DNA of 64,000 nucleotides, taken from positions 608,001-672,000 of the forward strand of contig OY843584.1 in NCBI GenBank assembly GCA_963692915.1. The letters are read 5' to 3'. Source of the stretch: Cenarchaeum sp. (GTDB taxonomy: Archaea; Thermoproteota; Nitrososphaeria; Nitrososphaerales; Nitrosopumilaceae). Of the stretch, positions 9,681 to 19,708 are shown one piece after another. How positions within the stretch are numbered: the first letter of the stretch is position 1; each line of letters opens with the position of its first letter. The notes below the pieces were generated by a model that did not search any database, was not told the DNA's origin, and was given only the letters and a program-made list of their open reading frames with translations. The position numbers and the translations under genes were made by a program.

Positions 9681-9974
9681 GCGCAGGATTTATGTGCCGT
9701 ATATAATAATGTGGTGGCGTGGTGCAGTCGTGGAGTCGGGGTTTGGCTCCGTGCGGCAGAGGAGGCCATGGCATCACCTGCCGGTTCGTTACCATGGCGG
9801 AGCCGGGAGTCGGGGCATGACGTGGCCGGACTCTGCCACGCCATCCCATGTGCCCCTGGCTCGAAGTGCCATGGGAAGGAGCGTGGCAGGAGAGGCCATG
9901 CGCGCGGTCCGGTTCTGACTTTACGCGCCGGGTGCCAGCCAACACTTAAATCATAAAAGTCGCGCCTCGCACGC

Positions 9975-10256
9975 ATGCTCAACGGGGGCATTCCGATGTT
10001 CATCCAGGGTCAGGAGTGGATAATCATAGTCATTATCGCAGCAATTCTCATATTCGGCGCCAAAAAGATTCCAGAGCTTGCAAAGACGCTTGGCCGCTCG
10101 CGAGGCGAGTTTGAAAAGGGCAAGATGGAAGGCGAGCGCGAGCTCGCCGAGTTCAAGGACGGCAAGCCCACAGGCGGGGACGCCGGTGATGCGCCAAGTG
10201 CCAGGGATGACAAGCCAAAGGCGGACACCACAGACGATCCGGTCGCAAAGCCCTAG
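9975..10256 (+). CDS. tatA: twin-arginine translocase TatA/E subunit
   Basis: GQEWIII...LIFGAKKIPELAKTLGRSRGEFEKG. Confidence 0.95.
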   Translation: MLNGGIPMFIQGQEWIIIVIIAAILIFGAKKIPELAKTLGRSRGEFEKGKMEGERELAEFKDGKPTGGDAGDAPSARDDKPKADTTDDPVAKP

Positions 10257-10681
10257 GACTCAGCCGCGCGCGCAATTTCTGCTGCAAGGCCGGCAACCCA
10301 CGCATTGGCCGCACCGCTCTTGACCATTCGCGGTATGCCAAGCGGCCAGGAGCGCCTAATGTCTGCCCTGATCGTCAGCATCGTCGACTCGCCGTCCTCC
10401 TCGTACGTCTCGACGATGGTGGTCCCGCGCCCGTCACCGCCTATTATGGCGATCTCATGAAGCCGTGGGGCGTCTTCTGTGTGTCGCGCCATGACGCTCC
10501 ACTCCGAGCCCGCAACTGACATGCGCGCCTGGACCACGGCGACGTTGCCTCGGCGCGAACGCGTGCGCGACATGGAATAGTGGGCAGGCAGCGTCTCGTG
10601 CAGCGAGTCATATGCGGTCGCGACGCCAAACGTGCGCACAGCGCTAGCATGCACGACAACTGATGCGGCGCACTCTGTCAA
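10253..10681 (-). CDS. SRPBCC/polyketide cyclase-like protein
   Basis: 142 aa, coupled to ubiX stop; helix-grip-like pattern (IIGGDGRGTTIVETY). Confidence 0.6.
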   Translation of the reverse strand: MTECAASVVVHASAVRTFGVATAYDSLHETLPAHYSMSRTRSRRGNVAVVQARMSVAGSEWSVMARHTEDAPRLHEIAIIGGDGRGTTIVETYEEDGESTMLTIRADIRRSWPLGIPRMVKSGAANAWVAGLAAEIARAAES

Positions 10682-11235
10682 CCCTCGCCCCAGCGCCTGT
10701 ACAGCCCATGGTCGATTGAAAACTGGTCAAGGCACTTGCCCACGCCATGGTCGACGATATCCTCGACTGTCCTTGGCGCCGTGTAGAACTCGGTCACGGG
10801 CGGCAAGATAACCACGCCGATTCGCGCTAGCCTTAGCATGTTCTCCAGGTGTATCGCCGAGAGCGGCGTCTCGCGCGCAAGGAGGACAAGCCTGCGCGAC
10901 TCTTTTATCGTGACTCCGGCCGCGCGCGCCACGAGCGTCTCGTCATACCCGTGCGAGATCGCCGCAAGCGTCTTCATGCTGCACGGCGCGACTATCATGC
11001 CGTCTGAGCGGCTCGTCCCGCTAGATATGCTAGCGGCCATGTTCGAGTCATCAGAGACCTCTGTGGCAAGCGACGCGACGTCTGCTGCCGTGCGGTCAGT
11101 CTCCATGGCGATGCACTTTTTTGCCCATTCGGTCATGATGAGATGGGTCTTGACGCCTAGCTTGCCAAGAACCTCCAGCGCGCGTATGCCGTATATGACC
11201 CCCGTGCTGCCGGTGATCCCCACTGTGATCCTCAT
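10678..11235 (-). CDS. ubiX: flavin prenyltransferase UbiX
   Basis: MRITVGITGSTG, ISSG, APCSMKTLA, RETPLSAIHLENML, RRW. Confidence 0.95.
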   Translation of the reverse strand: MRITVGITGSTGVIYGIRALEVLGKLGVKTHLIMTEWAKKCIAMETDRTAADVASLATEVSDDSNMAASISSGTSRSDGMIVAPCSMKTLAAISHGYDETLVARAAGVTIKESRRLVLLARETPLSAIHLENMLRLARIGVVILPPVTEFYTAPRTVEDIVDHGVGKCLDQFSIDHGLYRRWGEG

Positions 11236-11293
11236 GCGAGGCATTGGCAGTTGCGGGTATTTTATCGCTTTGTGGGCCACCAGGCGCACCGGC

Positions 11294-11527
11294 TCACGCG
11301 CCGGCTGGCGCGTGGCCCCCTCGCGCGGCGTCCTCCCTCTCGGCACGGCGCCGGCGCCAGAGCATTACGGAGCCGCATATCACCATCGCGCCCAAAAGCA
11401 GCACGCCTAGCATGACGAGCTCAAAGCTGTACAGCACGAGATGCGTCGCTGTGGCCCAGACCGATAAACCTTCGCCGGATCGCAGCGGCGCGCGGGGCAG
11501 CCTTGCGCCATGCGCGCCACGGGCCAT
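11294..11527 (-). CDS. putative small single-TM protein
   Basis: Hydrophobic stretch LVMLGVLLLGAMVICGSVML followed by WRRRR; start uncertain. Confidence 0.4.
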   Translation of the reverse strand: MARGAHGARLPRAPLRSGEGLSVWATATHLVLYSFELVMLGVLLLGAMVICGSVMLWRRRRAEREDAARGGHAPAGA

Positions 11528-11561
11528 AGCTATATTAGATGCGCCGCGCCGACGGTCCGGC

Positions 11562-12650
11562 GTGATACCACGAGCGCAGATGCAGCGCATCGCCGACTCG
11601 TACGGCGAGCCCAGGGTCGGCGTCATGGGCAGCCATTCGGCACTAGAGGTCATGGACGGCGCAAGGGACGAGGGTCTAGGAACCGTGGTTTATTGCCAAA
11701 GGGGGCGCGATTCCCCATACAGGCGCTTTTCGCGGATCGCCGATGAGATCATCACGCTGCGGCGCTTTGCGGACATGGCGTCTGCGCGCGCGCAGGCCTC
11801 CATGCGCGACACGTCGACAATAGTCGTGCCGCACAGGTCCTTTGCGGTCTATTTGGGGTATGCGCGCATCGAGAACTCGTTTCGCGTGCCGCTCTTTGGA
11901 AATCGCGCAATGCTGCGCGCCGAGGAGCGCGATGAGCGCAAGAACCAGTATGACCTGCTCAAAAAGGCCGGAATCAGGCACCCGCGTGTGGTAAAGCCAA
12001 GAGACATTAGCGGACCGTGCATCGTAAAGGTCCAAGAGGGCGCGCGCCGCCTCGAGCGCGCGTTCTTTACGGTGACGTCAAGGGAAGACTATGAGGCAAA
12101 GGCCGACGAGCGCATAAGGCGAAAGATCATAACAAAAAAAGGCCTCGAGCGCGCCGCAATAGAAGAGTTTGCGATTGGAACATACATGAACTTTAACTTT
12201 TTTTCCTCGCCGCTCACCCCTGAGGCCGAGTTTCTCGGCGTCGAGAGGCGCCTCCAGTCAAACCTGTACGACTTTAACTCGCTGCCCGCACGCCAGCAGC
12301 TAGAGATGGACATAGACCTGCAGAACGTCGAGGTTGGCCACACGCCGGCCAGCGTGCGCGAGTCGCTCCTTGAAAAGGTCATCGACATCGGTGATCGGTT
12401 TGTGCGCGCAGCGCGCCAAATGTACAGTCCCGGCGTAATCGGGCCGTTCTCGCTCCAGTCCGTGATCACAAAGGACCTCGAGCTCGTCGTGTACGACGTC
12501 TCGATGCGCGTGCCGGGCAACCCAATACTGGCGACTACTAGCCCCTACACAAAGTACACGCACGGCGCTGTCATCGGCGTGGGCAGGAGAATAGCCATGG
12601 AGATAGCGCACGCGCGCGACTCTGGCCGCCTTGCGGACATTGTCACCTAG
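11562..12650 (+). CDS. purP: formate--phosphoribosylaminoimidazolecarboxamide ligase family protein PurP
   Basis: GSHSALEVMDGARDEG, VPHRSF, FGNR, SVRESLLEKV, IGPFSLQ, GRRIAMEI; GTG start 11562. Confidence 0.93.
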   Translation: MIPRAQMQRIADSYGEPRVGVMGSHSALEVMDGARDEGLGTVVYCQRGRDSPYRRFSRIADEIITLRRFADMASARAQASMRDTSTIVVPHRSFAVYLGYARIENSFRVPLFGNRAMLRAEERDERKNQYDLLKKAGIRHPRVVKPRDISGPCIVKVQEGARRLERAFFTVTSREDYEAKADERIRRKIITKKGLERAAIEEFAIGTYMNFNFFSSPLTPEAEFLGVERRLQSNLYDFNSLPARQQLEMDIDLQNVEVGHTPASVRESLLEKVIDIGDRFVRAARQMYSPGVIGPFSLQSVITKDLELVVYDVSMRVPGNPILATTSPYTKYTHGAVIGVGRRIAMEIAHARDSGRLADIVT

Positions 12651-13072
12651 GCCTCAACGCTGGCCTTTAGGAGCGAGCGTCTCACGAGTATCGGAATGTT
12701 GTAGAATGCCGCAAGGGCCAGCGCGTCAGACGCCCTATAGTTGCGCAGGACCATGTCGCCGTCCCTGCCCGTAAAGTAGAGGTTTGCGCGCAAGACCTCG
12801 TTGCTGTCATAGACCTTGACCTTGACTAGCACAAGGCCATTGTGCTCGCAGACCTCCTCGATCATGCGATAGACCGTCGGAATGTCATCGCGCGAGTCCC
12901 CAAGAAACCTCATGATGTATCCGGCGACCTCGCCGGAGAATGACCTGATGTGGAACTGCTTGCCTGATTCGGACTTTAGTATCACTATGCCCTCTAGGCC
13001 ATATGGGTCAACATACCCAACGTGGCCTATCCGGACAGTCTCATAGTCAGGCTCGCTTTGCGCTATGTCCAT
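12647..13072 (-). CDS. bifunctional nuclease (DUF151) family protein
   Basis: RASDALALA..YNIPILV motif. Confidence 0.85.
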   Translation of the reverse strand: MDIAQSEPDYETVRIGHVGYVDPYGLEGIVILKSESGKQFHIRSFSGEVAGYIMRFLGDSRDDIPTVYRMIEEVCEHNGLVLVKVKVYDSNEVLRANLYFTGRDGDMVLRNYRASDALALAAFYNIPILVRRSLLKASVEA

Positions 13073-13168
13073 CGGCAATCGCAACACGCGTGCCGCGCGC
13101 GCCCCTTATAAGCACGCCGACGTGGCACTAGTCAGTTAAAATATCATTGCGCGCACGGGAGCCTGAAA

Positions 13169-14986
13169 ATGTCCGCAGCGCCGGAGCGATCCGTGTCATA
13201 TGTCCTCTCAAAGCCCGTCTCGGCATACATGGGCCGTGACGTCCTCATGCTCGGCGAGGGCACCCTCACGCGCGAGGCCGCACACACGCTCCAGCGCTAC
13301 GAGCGCGATGACATTATCGTCACCGGTCCGGACGGCAAGCCCGTCGGGATTGTGACAGACCAGGACATACTCAGCAAGGTCGGCGACATTACGGTCTATG
13401 CCGAGGCGACCACGCTCCATGACATCATGAGCTCGCCCCTCCACACGATAGGCCATGACGCGACACTGCGCGAGGCCCTTACGATAATGAAGTCCAACGG
13501 AATCAGAAAGCTGCCCGTCGTCTCGCGCAAGGGCGACGTCATTGGCATCATACTCCAGGTGACCATCGCAAACGTCATACGCGACTCAGTCACGCGCGCG
13601 CCGCGCCTGCTCAGCCCCCCGATAAAGGCGATTCTTGGCAACCTCGGCTTTGTCCTCCAGTTCGCCGGCGTCCTCATACTCGTGCCCGCAATAGTCTCGA
13701 CAGTCCTGCGCGAGTTTGAGACTGCCACGGGCATATACCTGACTACTGTCCTTCTCCTAGTGACGGGGTTCTTTCTAAACTCGTATGGTGAAAAGGCCAG
13801 CCTAAACCTGCGGCAGGCCTCGATACTCGTTTTCGCAAGCCTGTTCATACTCACGCTCTTTGGGACGATACCGTATCTCTATGTGTCGCAGTTTGGCGAC
13901 ATTCCGCCAGTTGAAAACTTTGCGAGCAGCTTTTTCTCCAGCGCTGCGGGTTTCACGACAGGGGGCATCTCGATATTTGAGACGCCCGAGACGCTCACAA
14001 AGTCGTTCATATTCTACAGGAGCTTTACGCAGCTCGTGGGCGGCATGAGCTTTATCTATCTCGTGATAACTGCATTCTATCCCGAGGGTAAGCTCCAGTC
14101 GATGCGCGGGTTTATCTCGGGCAGGACGCTTCACCTTCGCGAGCTCTTTGGCACAATCGCCGTCATATTTGGGCTCTATATCACCATAGTCGCCGCCCTC
14201 CTCTATGCCTTTGGCGGTAGCGACATACTGGACAACTTTGCGCTCGCGATGAGCACGGTGTCAACTGGCGGGTTTGTCCCCTCGTCTGGCATGATCGCCG
14301 GCCTTGCGTGGCAGTCCGAGATCGTCCTGATGGCCGCAATGATCCTCGGCGCGCTGCCGTTCACGTTTCACTATGCCTTTGTCAGCAAAAAGTTCCTCTC
14401 CCCAAAGCTCGGCAAGGAGGTCATGGCATACTTTGCCCTCCTCGGCGGCGCATCGCTCCTCTTTGTCGCGACGAGCGGCATGGGCGTCCTAGAGTCCGTC
14501 TTTTACACGGTGTCGGCAAGCACGACTGCCGGCCTCCAGTACGAGTCGCTCTCGGGCACGAACGCAGTCTCGCATGCCATACTCACAACGCTCATGCTCG
14601 TGGGGGGGTGCGGATTCTCCACTGCCGGAGGCGTAAAGGTCTACCGCATGATGGGCATGCGCAATGTCGCTGCCGTCATGAGGGGCAGAGCCGGCACGCT
14701 GGCCGAGGACTCTAGAAAGGAGGCATACTCGACTATCATCATACTCGCGCTGTTTCCCGCAATAGCGCTGGGTGCTGGCGCGTACCTGTCAGCCTCGACG
14801 GGGGCCGACTATGATGACGCCATCCTCGAGGCGACTGGCATCATAACGACGGGGGGCCTGTCTAGCGGCATAGTCAACGTGGACACTGATCCCGCCACAA
14901 AGGTCGTCATGAGCTTTATGATGATATTTGGCCGCCTCGAGATAATTGCGATCGTGTACATATTTGTGCCGAGGCTAGCCCATTGA
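13169..14986 (+). CDS. trkH: CBS-domain fused TrkH family potassium uptake protein
   Basis: CBS pair (GIVTDQDI, GIRKLPVV) followed by four pore loops FTTGG, VSTGG, STTAG, ITTGG; GRLEI. Confidence 0.9.
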   Translation: MSAAPERSVSYVLSKPVSAYMGRDVLMLGEGTLTREAAHTLQRYERDDIIVTGPDGKPVGIVTDQDILSKVGDITVYAEATTLHDIMSSPLHTIGHDATLREALTIMKSNGIRKLPVVSRKGDVIGIILQVTIANVIRDSVTRAPRLLSPPIKAILGNLGFVLQFAGVLILVPAIVSTVLREFETATGIYLTTVLLLVTGFFLNSYGEKASLNLRQASILVFASLFILTLFGTIPYLYVSQFGDIPPVENFASSFFSSAAGFTTGGISIFETPETLTKSFIFYRSFTQLVGGMSFIYLVITAFYPEGKLQSMRGFISGRTLHLRELFGTIAVIFGLYITIVAALLYAFGGSDILDNFALAMSTVSTGGFVPSSGMIAGLAWQSEIVLMAAMILGALPFTFHYAFVSKKFLSPKLGKEVMAYFALLGGASLLFVATSGMGVLESVFYTVSASTTAGLQYESLSGTNAVSHAILTTLMLVGGCGFSTAGGVKVYRMMGMRNVAAVMRGRAGTLAEDSRKEAYSTIIILALFPAIALGAGAYLSASTGADYDDAILEATGIITTGGLSSGIVNVDTDPATKVVMSFMMIFGRLEIIAIVYIFVPRLAH

Positions 14987-15774
14987 GGCCCGGCGTTCGC
15001 GTCATCGCCGTGGGGCTTGCATCCATTGCCATCCTCTTTGCGCTCTATGCGCGATACGCGACGGACGCCTCGATGATTGCGCCTGATGCACTGGAGCCGC
15101 TGCAGAGGATGGCGCACGCGTTTTACGCGCTCCTCCTCGCGGCCCTGGCGTGCGTTGCGTGGGGAATGTACACGTTTCACCGCGCAATGGCGCGCGATGG
15201 CACGAACGGGGCGCTAGCAAGGATTGCGCTTGTGACGTGGGCACGGCGCCCGCGGATGGTCTTTGTCATCACGCTTGTCGTGTATGGAACGTTCTTTTCG
15301 CTGACTTCAGGCACGCTCGTGCACCAGCCTGACGTGTCGTTCTCGTACCACTATGGGGCGCAGATCCCCTCAATCGAGGTCGCGCCGTGCTGTGATGTGC
15401 CCGGATACATGCCAAAGGCCATCATATACGTGACGGACAACGTTGGACTGCAGGTCATACCGGTGAACCTGGTCCTGCAGGTTGCAGTCTCATATCTCGT
15501 CGCGCTAAACATGTCGATTGCCTCAGTGGCGCTGTCGGCATCTCGCGCGCGACGCAGTGTTTCTGGCGTTGGCGCAATAACTGGACTGTTTGTCGCGTGT
15601 CCGACCTGCGCAGGATCTGTGGCATCGGCGGTTCTCGGGACCGCAAGCGGCATCACGCTAGCAGTGGCGCTATCGCAGGTTCAGACAGGACTGATTGCGG
15701 TATCCATACCGGTGCTTTTGGTCACGCCGCTCCTCCTTGCGCGCCGTATCCCCCGGCGCAGCGAGCAGTGCTGA
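14983..15774 (+). CDS. conserved membrane protein with PCC and CPTC motifs
   Basis: Multi-TM ORF overlapping trkH stop; GLFVACPTCAG. Confidence 0.75.
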   Translation: MRPGVRVIAVGLASIAILFALYARYATDASMIAPDALEPLQRMAHAFYALLLAALACVAWGMYTFHRAMARDGTNGALARIALVTWARRPRMVFVITLVVYGTFFSLTSGTLVHQPDVSFSYHYGAQIPSIEVAPCCDVPGYMPKAIIYVTDNVGLQVIPVNLVLQVAVSYLVALNMSIASVALSASRARRSVSGVGAITGLFVACPTCAGSVASAVLGTASGITLAVALSQVQTGLIAVSIPVLLVTPLLLARRIPRRSEQC

Positions 15775-15775
15775 G

Positions 15776-16042
15776 TCAGGCTGCCGGCTTTTTTATCTCG
15801 CGCGTTTTCCTGCCACCCTCGCCGCGTGCGGTCCCAAAGCTGACAAGCATGAGCAAAAAACCGACACCGATTAGCATGCTAGCAAGTATGACCATGTTGC
15901 CGTTCTCGCGCTCGTCGAGGAGTAGCTCGGCGATCTCTGCATCAGTCATGCCCTGCCTGCCCGCAGGCGCCTCGGCTCCAAGGTATGCGACAAAGACGGT
16001 TCCGATCACGAGCATGGCCGCGCCTGCGCCCATCATGCCCAT
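15776..16042 (-). CDS. small two-TM membrane protein
   Basis: MGMMGAGAAMLVIG...LIGVGFLLMLVSFG. Confidence 0.7.
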   Translation of the reverse strand: MGMMGAGAAMLVIGTVFVAYLGAEAPAGRQGMTDAEIAELLLDERENGNMVILASMLIGVGFLLMLVSFGTARGEGGRKTREIKKPAA

Positions 16043-16108
16043 GTTTATCCTGATCACAGGCGCGAGTGGACAGGTGGATAAATTTAGGGTTTTGGCGCGC
16101 GGCGGCCA

Positions 16109-16166
16109 TGTCCACGAATAGGCGGGGACAGCAGATCCTGGGAATGGCATGGCGCGAAATTCCGGC
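16109..16166. repeat. ~55-bp dispersed repeat, copy 1
   Basis: TGTCCACGAATAGGCGGGGACAGCAGATCCTGGGAATGGCATGGCGCGAAATTCCGGC; similar sequence at 17421 and 39651. Confidence 0.85.
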
Positions 16167-16193
16167 CCCTGGCGGCCCCGGATCCCACCCTAG

Positions 16194-16426
16194 GATCAAG
16201 GCCGTGCTGCCCCGGCGGGCTTGTTTCCCACGGCCCATGTCCCCTACGAATCGCCTTCATGTACAGCGACACGAGGATGGCAAAGACCGCCCCCGGGCCT
16301 GCACTTTCCCTGTTCCTTGCAGTCATTGCGGGAAATGCCGGCGCGCCAATCTAAGGGCGTTTGAGTTGGCCTACTCTTGATCTAAAAGCTTTGCTGTACT
16401 TTTGCGAGATCATTCATGGACAAAGC
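16194..16426. repeat. ~230-bp direct repeat copy 1 (includes duplicate of mqnD 3' end)
   Basis: Near-identical to 17710..17939, both ending GATCATTCATGGACAAAGC. Confidence 0.92.
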
Positions 16427-16553
16427 CAAATTTATGATTGTGGTTGTATATGATAATCGATGTCTATTTATCTGGGTATGGTGCACGATGGCGATGTTGT
16501 CTTCGCGTAGCACTTTAGCACAAGATAGGTCGTCCCCTGTGCCACCTGCCAAT

Positions 16554-17300
16554 ATGTCACGGAACCAAGGAACTACACTTTTTATGTTTGGCGACAGTTC
16601 AGGAGATTCGTCAAGATCTGCCAAATCACTCAACATGTCACCATATTATATAATATGTACAGTCATACTTGATTCCGTGGAGCTAATTAGGATTAACTCT
16701 CTTATGATCAAGCTTAAAAAAATGCATTTTGCTGGTCGTAATCCACTACGCGTTGAGCTTCACGGAAGCTTACTACGCCAAATGCTAAGCTCGTTCACTC
16801 ATGATAAATCCGCCACAGATAAAAAATTTGACGCCATCTTTACAGATATTGTCAATATTGCGTGTGGAACTAATGCCAAAATTCATGTCACTGTGACAAA
16901 TAAATCTTCACTAGAGCATAAATATAACCATGTCTACATTGAAACTAGTGCTTGGTCTAAACTAGCCTTGTTGTTTGGGCACGTGCTTAGAACACAACCA
17001 TGCCCGACTGTTGGAATAATTATTCTTGACAAATATGATCCCGGCACTGCCGCGACCATAAATCATGCCTTGACAAAAACTCTACGTCAATTTAAAGCAA
17101 ATAATAAAAATTCAGACTTTATGGTGATGCCTAACCCACTATTTGTTGAATCGGCATCTAGCAATGTGGTTCAACTAGCCGACATGATCGCCTTTATTGT
17201 GGCTCGTCACTACAAGAGTGGCAATGACCCACAATTTGAACGGTGGTACACGCAACTAAACTCCAAGTTTGGCAGTGTCGTGAAATTCATGTCAGGATGA
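16554..17300 (+). CDS. DUF3800 domain protein (AT-rich, probably acquired)
   Basis: N-terminal FMFGDSSGD, ELHG, IILD and C-terminal ESASSNVVQLADMIA; visibly AT-richer than flanks; start uncertain. Confidence 0.8.
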   Translation: MSRNQGTTLFMFGDSSGDSSRSAKSLNMSPYYIICTVILDSVELIRINSLMIKLKKMHFAGRNPLRVELHGSLLRQMLSSFTHDKSATDKKFDAIFTDIVNIACGTNAKIHVTVTNKSSLEHKYNHVYIETSAWSKLALLFGHVLRTQPCPTVGIIILDKYDPGTAATINHALTKTLRQFKANNKNSDFMVMPNPLFVESASSNVVQLADMIAFIVARHYKSGNDPQFERWYTQLNSKFGSVVKFMSG

Positions 17301-17382
17301 GCAGGTCGGGCATCCCCCCCTAAGCGGGGATGCCGAACCCTAAGCATTAGCAACTGCGTACGTCCTGCCTAGGCAGGTTCGG
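17301..17382. ncRNA. candidate structured RNA downstream of DUF3800 gene
   Basis: Stem GGCATCCCC/GGGGATGCC, perfect palindrome CCTGCCTAGGCAGG, CCGAACC/GGTTCGG pairing. Confidence 0.45.
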
Positions 17383-17420
17383 AATGGATGAATATTTAAC
17401 ACTTTATTCTAATTCGGCTC

Positions 17421-17478
17421 TGTCCACGAATAGGCGCGGACAGCAGATCTAGAGAATGGCATGGCGTGAAATTCCGGC
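17421..17478. repeat. ~55-bp dispersed repeat, copy 2
   Basis: TGTCCACGAATAGGCGCGGACAGCAGATCTAGAGAATGGCATGGCGTGAAATTCCGGC. Confidence 0.85.
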
Positions 17479-17709
17479 TCGGAGTCAACCAGCAGCGCAC
17501 CCCTCGCGCCCGGCCTGCCGGCCGCAACGAGCGTCCAGACCACGAACCCCGGCTCCATCCGAGCGGCGGCGCATCGGGGCGCGGATCGTGACGGAGCCCT
17601 TGAGGCCCGGCGACCTGTGACATGGTGCGGGCGCTCCTGCAGGTAGTCGCGCCGCCGTACGTCAGTCAGTACATGGGCCTTGACGCGATGCACAGTGACA
17701 TGCCCACGG

Positions 17710-17939
17710 GATCATGGCCGTGCTGCCCCAGCGGGCTTGTTTCCCACGGCCCATGTCCCCTACGAATCGCCTTCATGTACAGCTACACGAGGATGGCAAA
17801 GACCGCCCTCGGGCTCGCGCTTCATGTTCCTTGCAGTCATTGCGGAGAGGCCAGCGCGCTGATCTAAGGGCGTTTGAGTTGGCCTGCTCTTGATCTAAAA
17901 GCTTTGCTGTACTTTTGCGGGATCATTCATGGACAAAGC
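17710..17939. repeat. ~230-bp direct repeat copy 2, overlapping mqnD stop
   Basis: Near-identical to 16194..16426. Confidence 0.92.
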
Positions 17940-18772
17940 TTTGCGCGACGGGCCACCTGCGGCTCGTGTGCGGGGACCCACCCGCCCTGGCGACCCATCT
18001 CAAGCACGCGCCGTATGGACTCCTCGCCGGCCTCACCCATCTCGACTGTAGTGGCGTTGACGTACATTTTGACAAAGCGCTCCAACATTTCACGCGGCTT
18101 TGACCTAGAGTATTTCATGGCATAGTCCATCGCGTCATCAAAGTGCGCAATGCCATACTCTATCGAGTCGCGCAGGCACGCGTCAAATCTCGATATGGCC
18201 TCCTCGCCTAGCGCGTTGCGCGCCACGTTGACTCCCAGCGGCACGGGCAGGCCGCCGGTCTGGCCTGCCCACCACTCGCCGACGTCTGCAACCTTGTGCG
18301 TTCCCTCCTCGGCGTATGTCAGCTGCGTCTCGTGTATAACGAGTCCGGCATCCACGGCCCCAGACCTCACGGCCTCGGGTATGTCGCTAAATTTCATCTC
18401 CCTGTAATCATACTCGCCGATCATCAGCCGCAGGAGGAGAAACGCCGATGTCAGCCGTCCGGGCACCGCAATGGCGGTCTTTTTGATCTCCTCTAGGGTG
18501 ATGCCCTCACGCGCCACGACGATAGGCCCGTAGCCTAGGCCAAAGCTCCCGCCACTGCGCAGTATTGTGTGCTCTGGCATGTGCGCGCACGCGTGAACAG
18601 AGACTGCAGTGATGTCGAGCTTGCCCTCGTCGACTCCGGACCTGTTTAGCGTCTCAATGTCCTCGACTGTGTGCCTTATGTCGAGTCCATGCGTGCTGAC
18701 CTTGCCGGTGAGCATGCCATAAAACATGAACGCGTCATCGGCATCAGGAGTGTGCCCCACGGTTATCTCCAT
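17927..18772 (-). CDS. mqnD: 1,4-dihydroxy-6-naphthoate synthase MqnD (MqnA/MqnD family)
   Basis: GHTPDADDAFMFY, DIETLN, SFGLGYGP, GLVIHE, LPVPLG, MYVN. Confidence 0.9.
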   Translation of the reverse strand: MEITVGHTPDADDAFMFYGMLTGKVSTHGLDIRHTVEDIETLNRSGVDEGKLDITAVSVHACAHMPEHTILRSGGSFGLGYGPIVVAREGITLEEIKKTAIAVPGRLTSAFLLLRLMIGEYDYREMKFSDIPEAVRSGAVDAGLVIHETQLTYAEEGTHKVADVGEWWAGQTGGLPVPLGVNVARNALGEEAISRFDACLRDSIEYGIAHFDDAMDYAMKYSRSKPREMLERFVKMYVNATTVEMGEAGEESIRRVLEMGRQGGWVPAHEPQVARRAKLCP

Positions 18773-19028
18773 GAGGAACACGGTCCAATGTCGGTATAAA
18801 AATCAAGGGCGATCCCCGGCAGTCAGCCATGTGGCCTGTGCGGGTGCAGGAATGAATCAGAGTCGGCCGAAACGCAAACAGGCCGATTGTGGACTGCGCG
18901 ACAGGCAGACTTTGGCGTTTTATGGCCGGGGCGAATCTGAACAGCGAGTGCGTGCGATCCCAAAGGCAATTCTGCCGGCTAGCCGACCCTGTCATACACG
19001 TGACCGAGTATGCGCCACGCAGAATCGC

Positions 19029-19676
19029 CTAGGCATGAGCTGCGGGGGCAGGAGAGGCGCCTGCCGGTGCGAGCTCGGGGTTTAGCTCTTCTTCGACCTG
19101 CCGGTCGACTGCCCTCTCGAGGCACTCCACGACCTCCTCTATCGTCGCGCTGCCGTCTGCGTACCTCTTTATGCACGCGCTAACCTCGGGCGTCTTTCTG
19201 TTCACCCGCTTTGATTTCCTGCTGAGCTTCAGAAATGTCCATAGCGTAAAGACTCCCGGCTCTGCCAGCGGCGTGAACTGTGAATCGTTGTCTATGTACT
19301 TTCTGATACCCAGAACCTTGAGATCTTCCAATGTCAGATAGCCTCGATCCTCTGTCGGCTTGTCGGGATCATCCCTGAGGAACACGGTGTCGTCATAGTC
19401 ATAGTCTGACACCATCCCCGACAGTTGCGCCGGGACCATCGCCTCCTCATAGCAGATGCCCCACCGCTCTATCATGCGCCTGTCCAGCTCGAGCCGCTTG
19501 AGCCTGCCTCCGGCCTCCTCGAGTATCTCGACCATGTGATCCGTGAGCTCGCAGTCGCGCTCGGCCTCGTCTGACAGGGCCTCTGGCGTCATGTAATCGA
19601 GCTCGTAATTGTACTCCTCGTCGGGCGCGGCCTCCTTGCCGTCTGGCTCCTCAAGCTTGACGCTCGCCGCGTTCAT
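19029..19676 (-). CDS. acidic hypothetical protein, cassette 1 partner (putative immunity/antitoxin)
   Basis: Paralog of 20831..21511; own TTATATA box about 23 nt upstream. Confidence 0.8.
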   Translation of the reverse strand: MNAASVKLEEPDGKEAAPDEEYNYELDYMTPEALSDEAERDCELTDHMVEILEEAGGRLKRLELDRRMIERWGICYEEAMVPAQLSGMVSDYDYDDTVFLRDDPDKPTEDRGYLTLEDLKVLGIRKYIDNDSQFTPLAEPGVFTLWTFLKLSRKSKRVNRKTPEVSACIKRYADGSATIEEVVECLERAVDRQVEEELNPELAPAGASPAPAAHA

Positions 19677-19708
19677 GGGACGGCACACCATGCCATAATA
19701 TATAATTC

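Noticed and set aside
11244-11561. N-terminal extension of PurP
   Set aside because: PurP-like sequence begins at GTG 11562 after a TATATTA box
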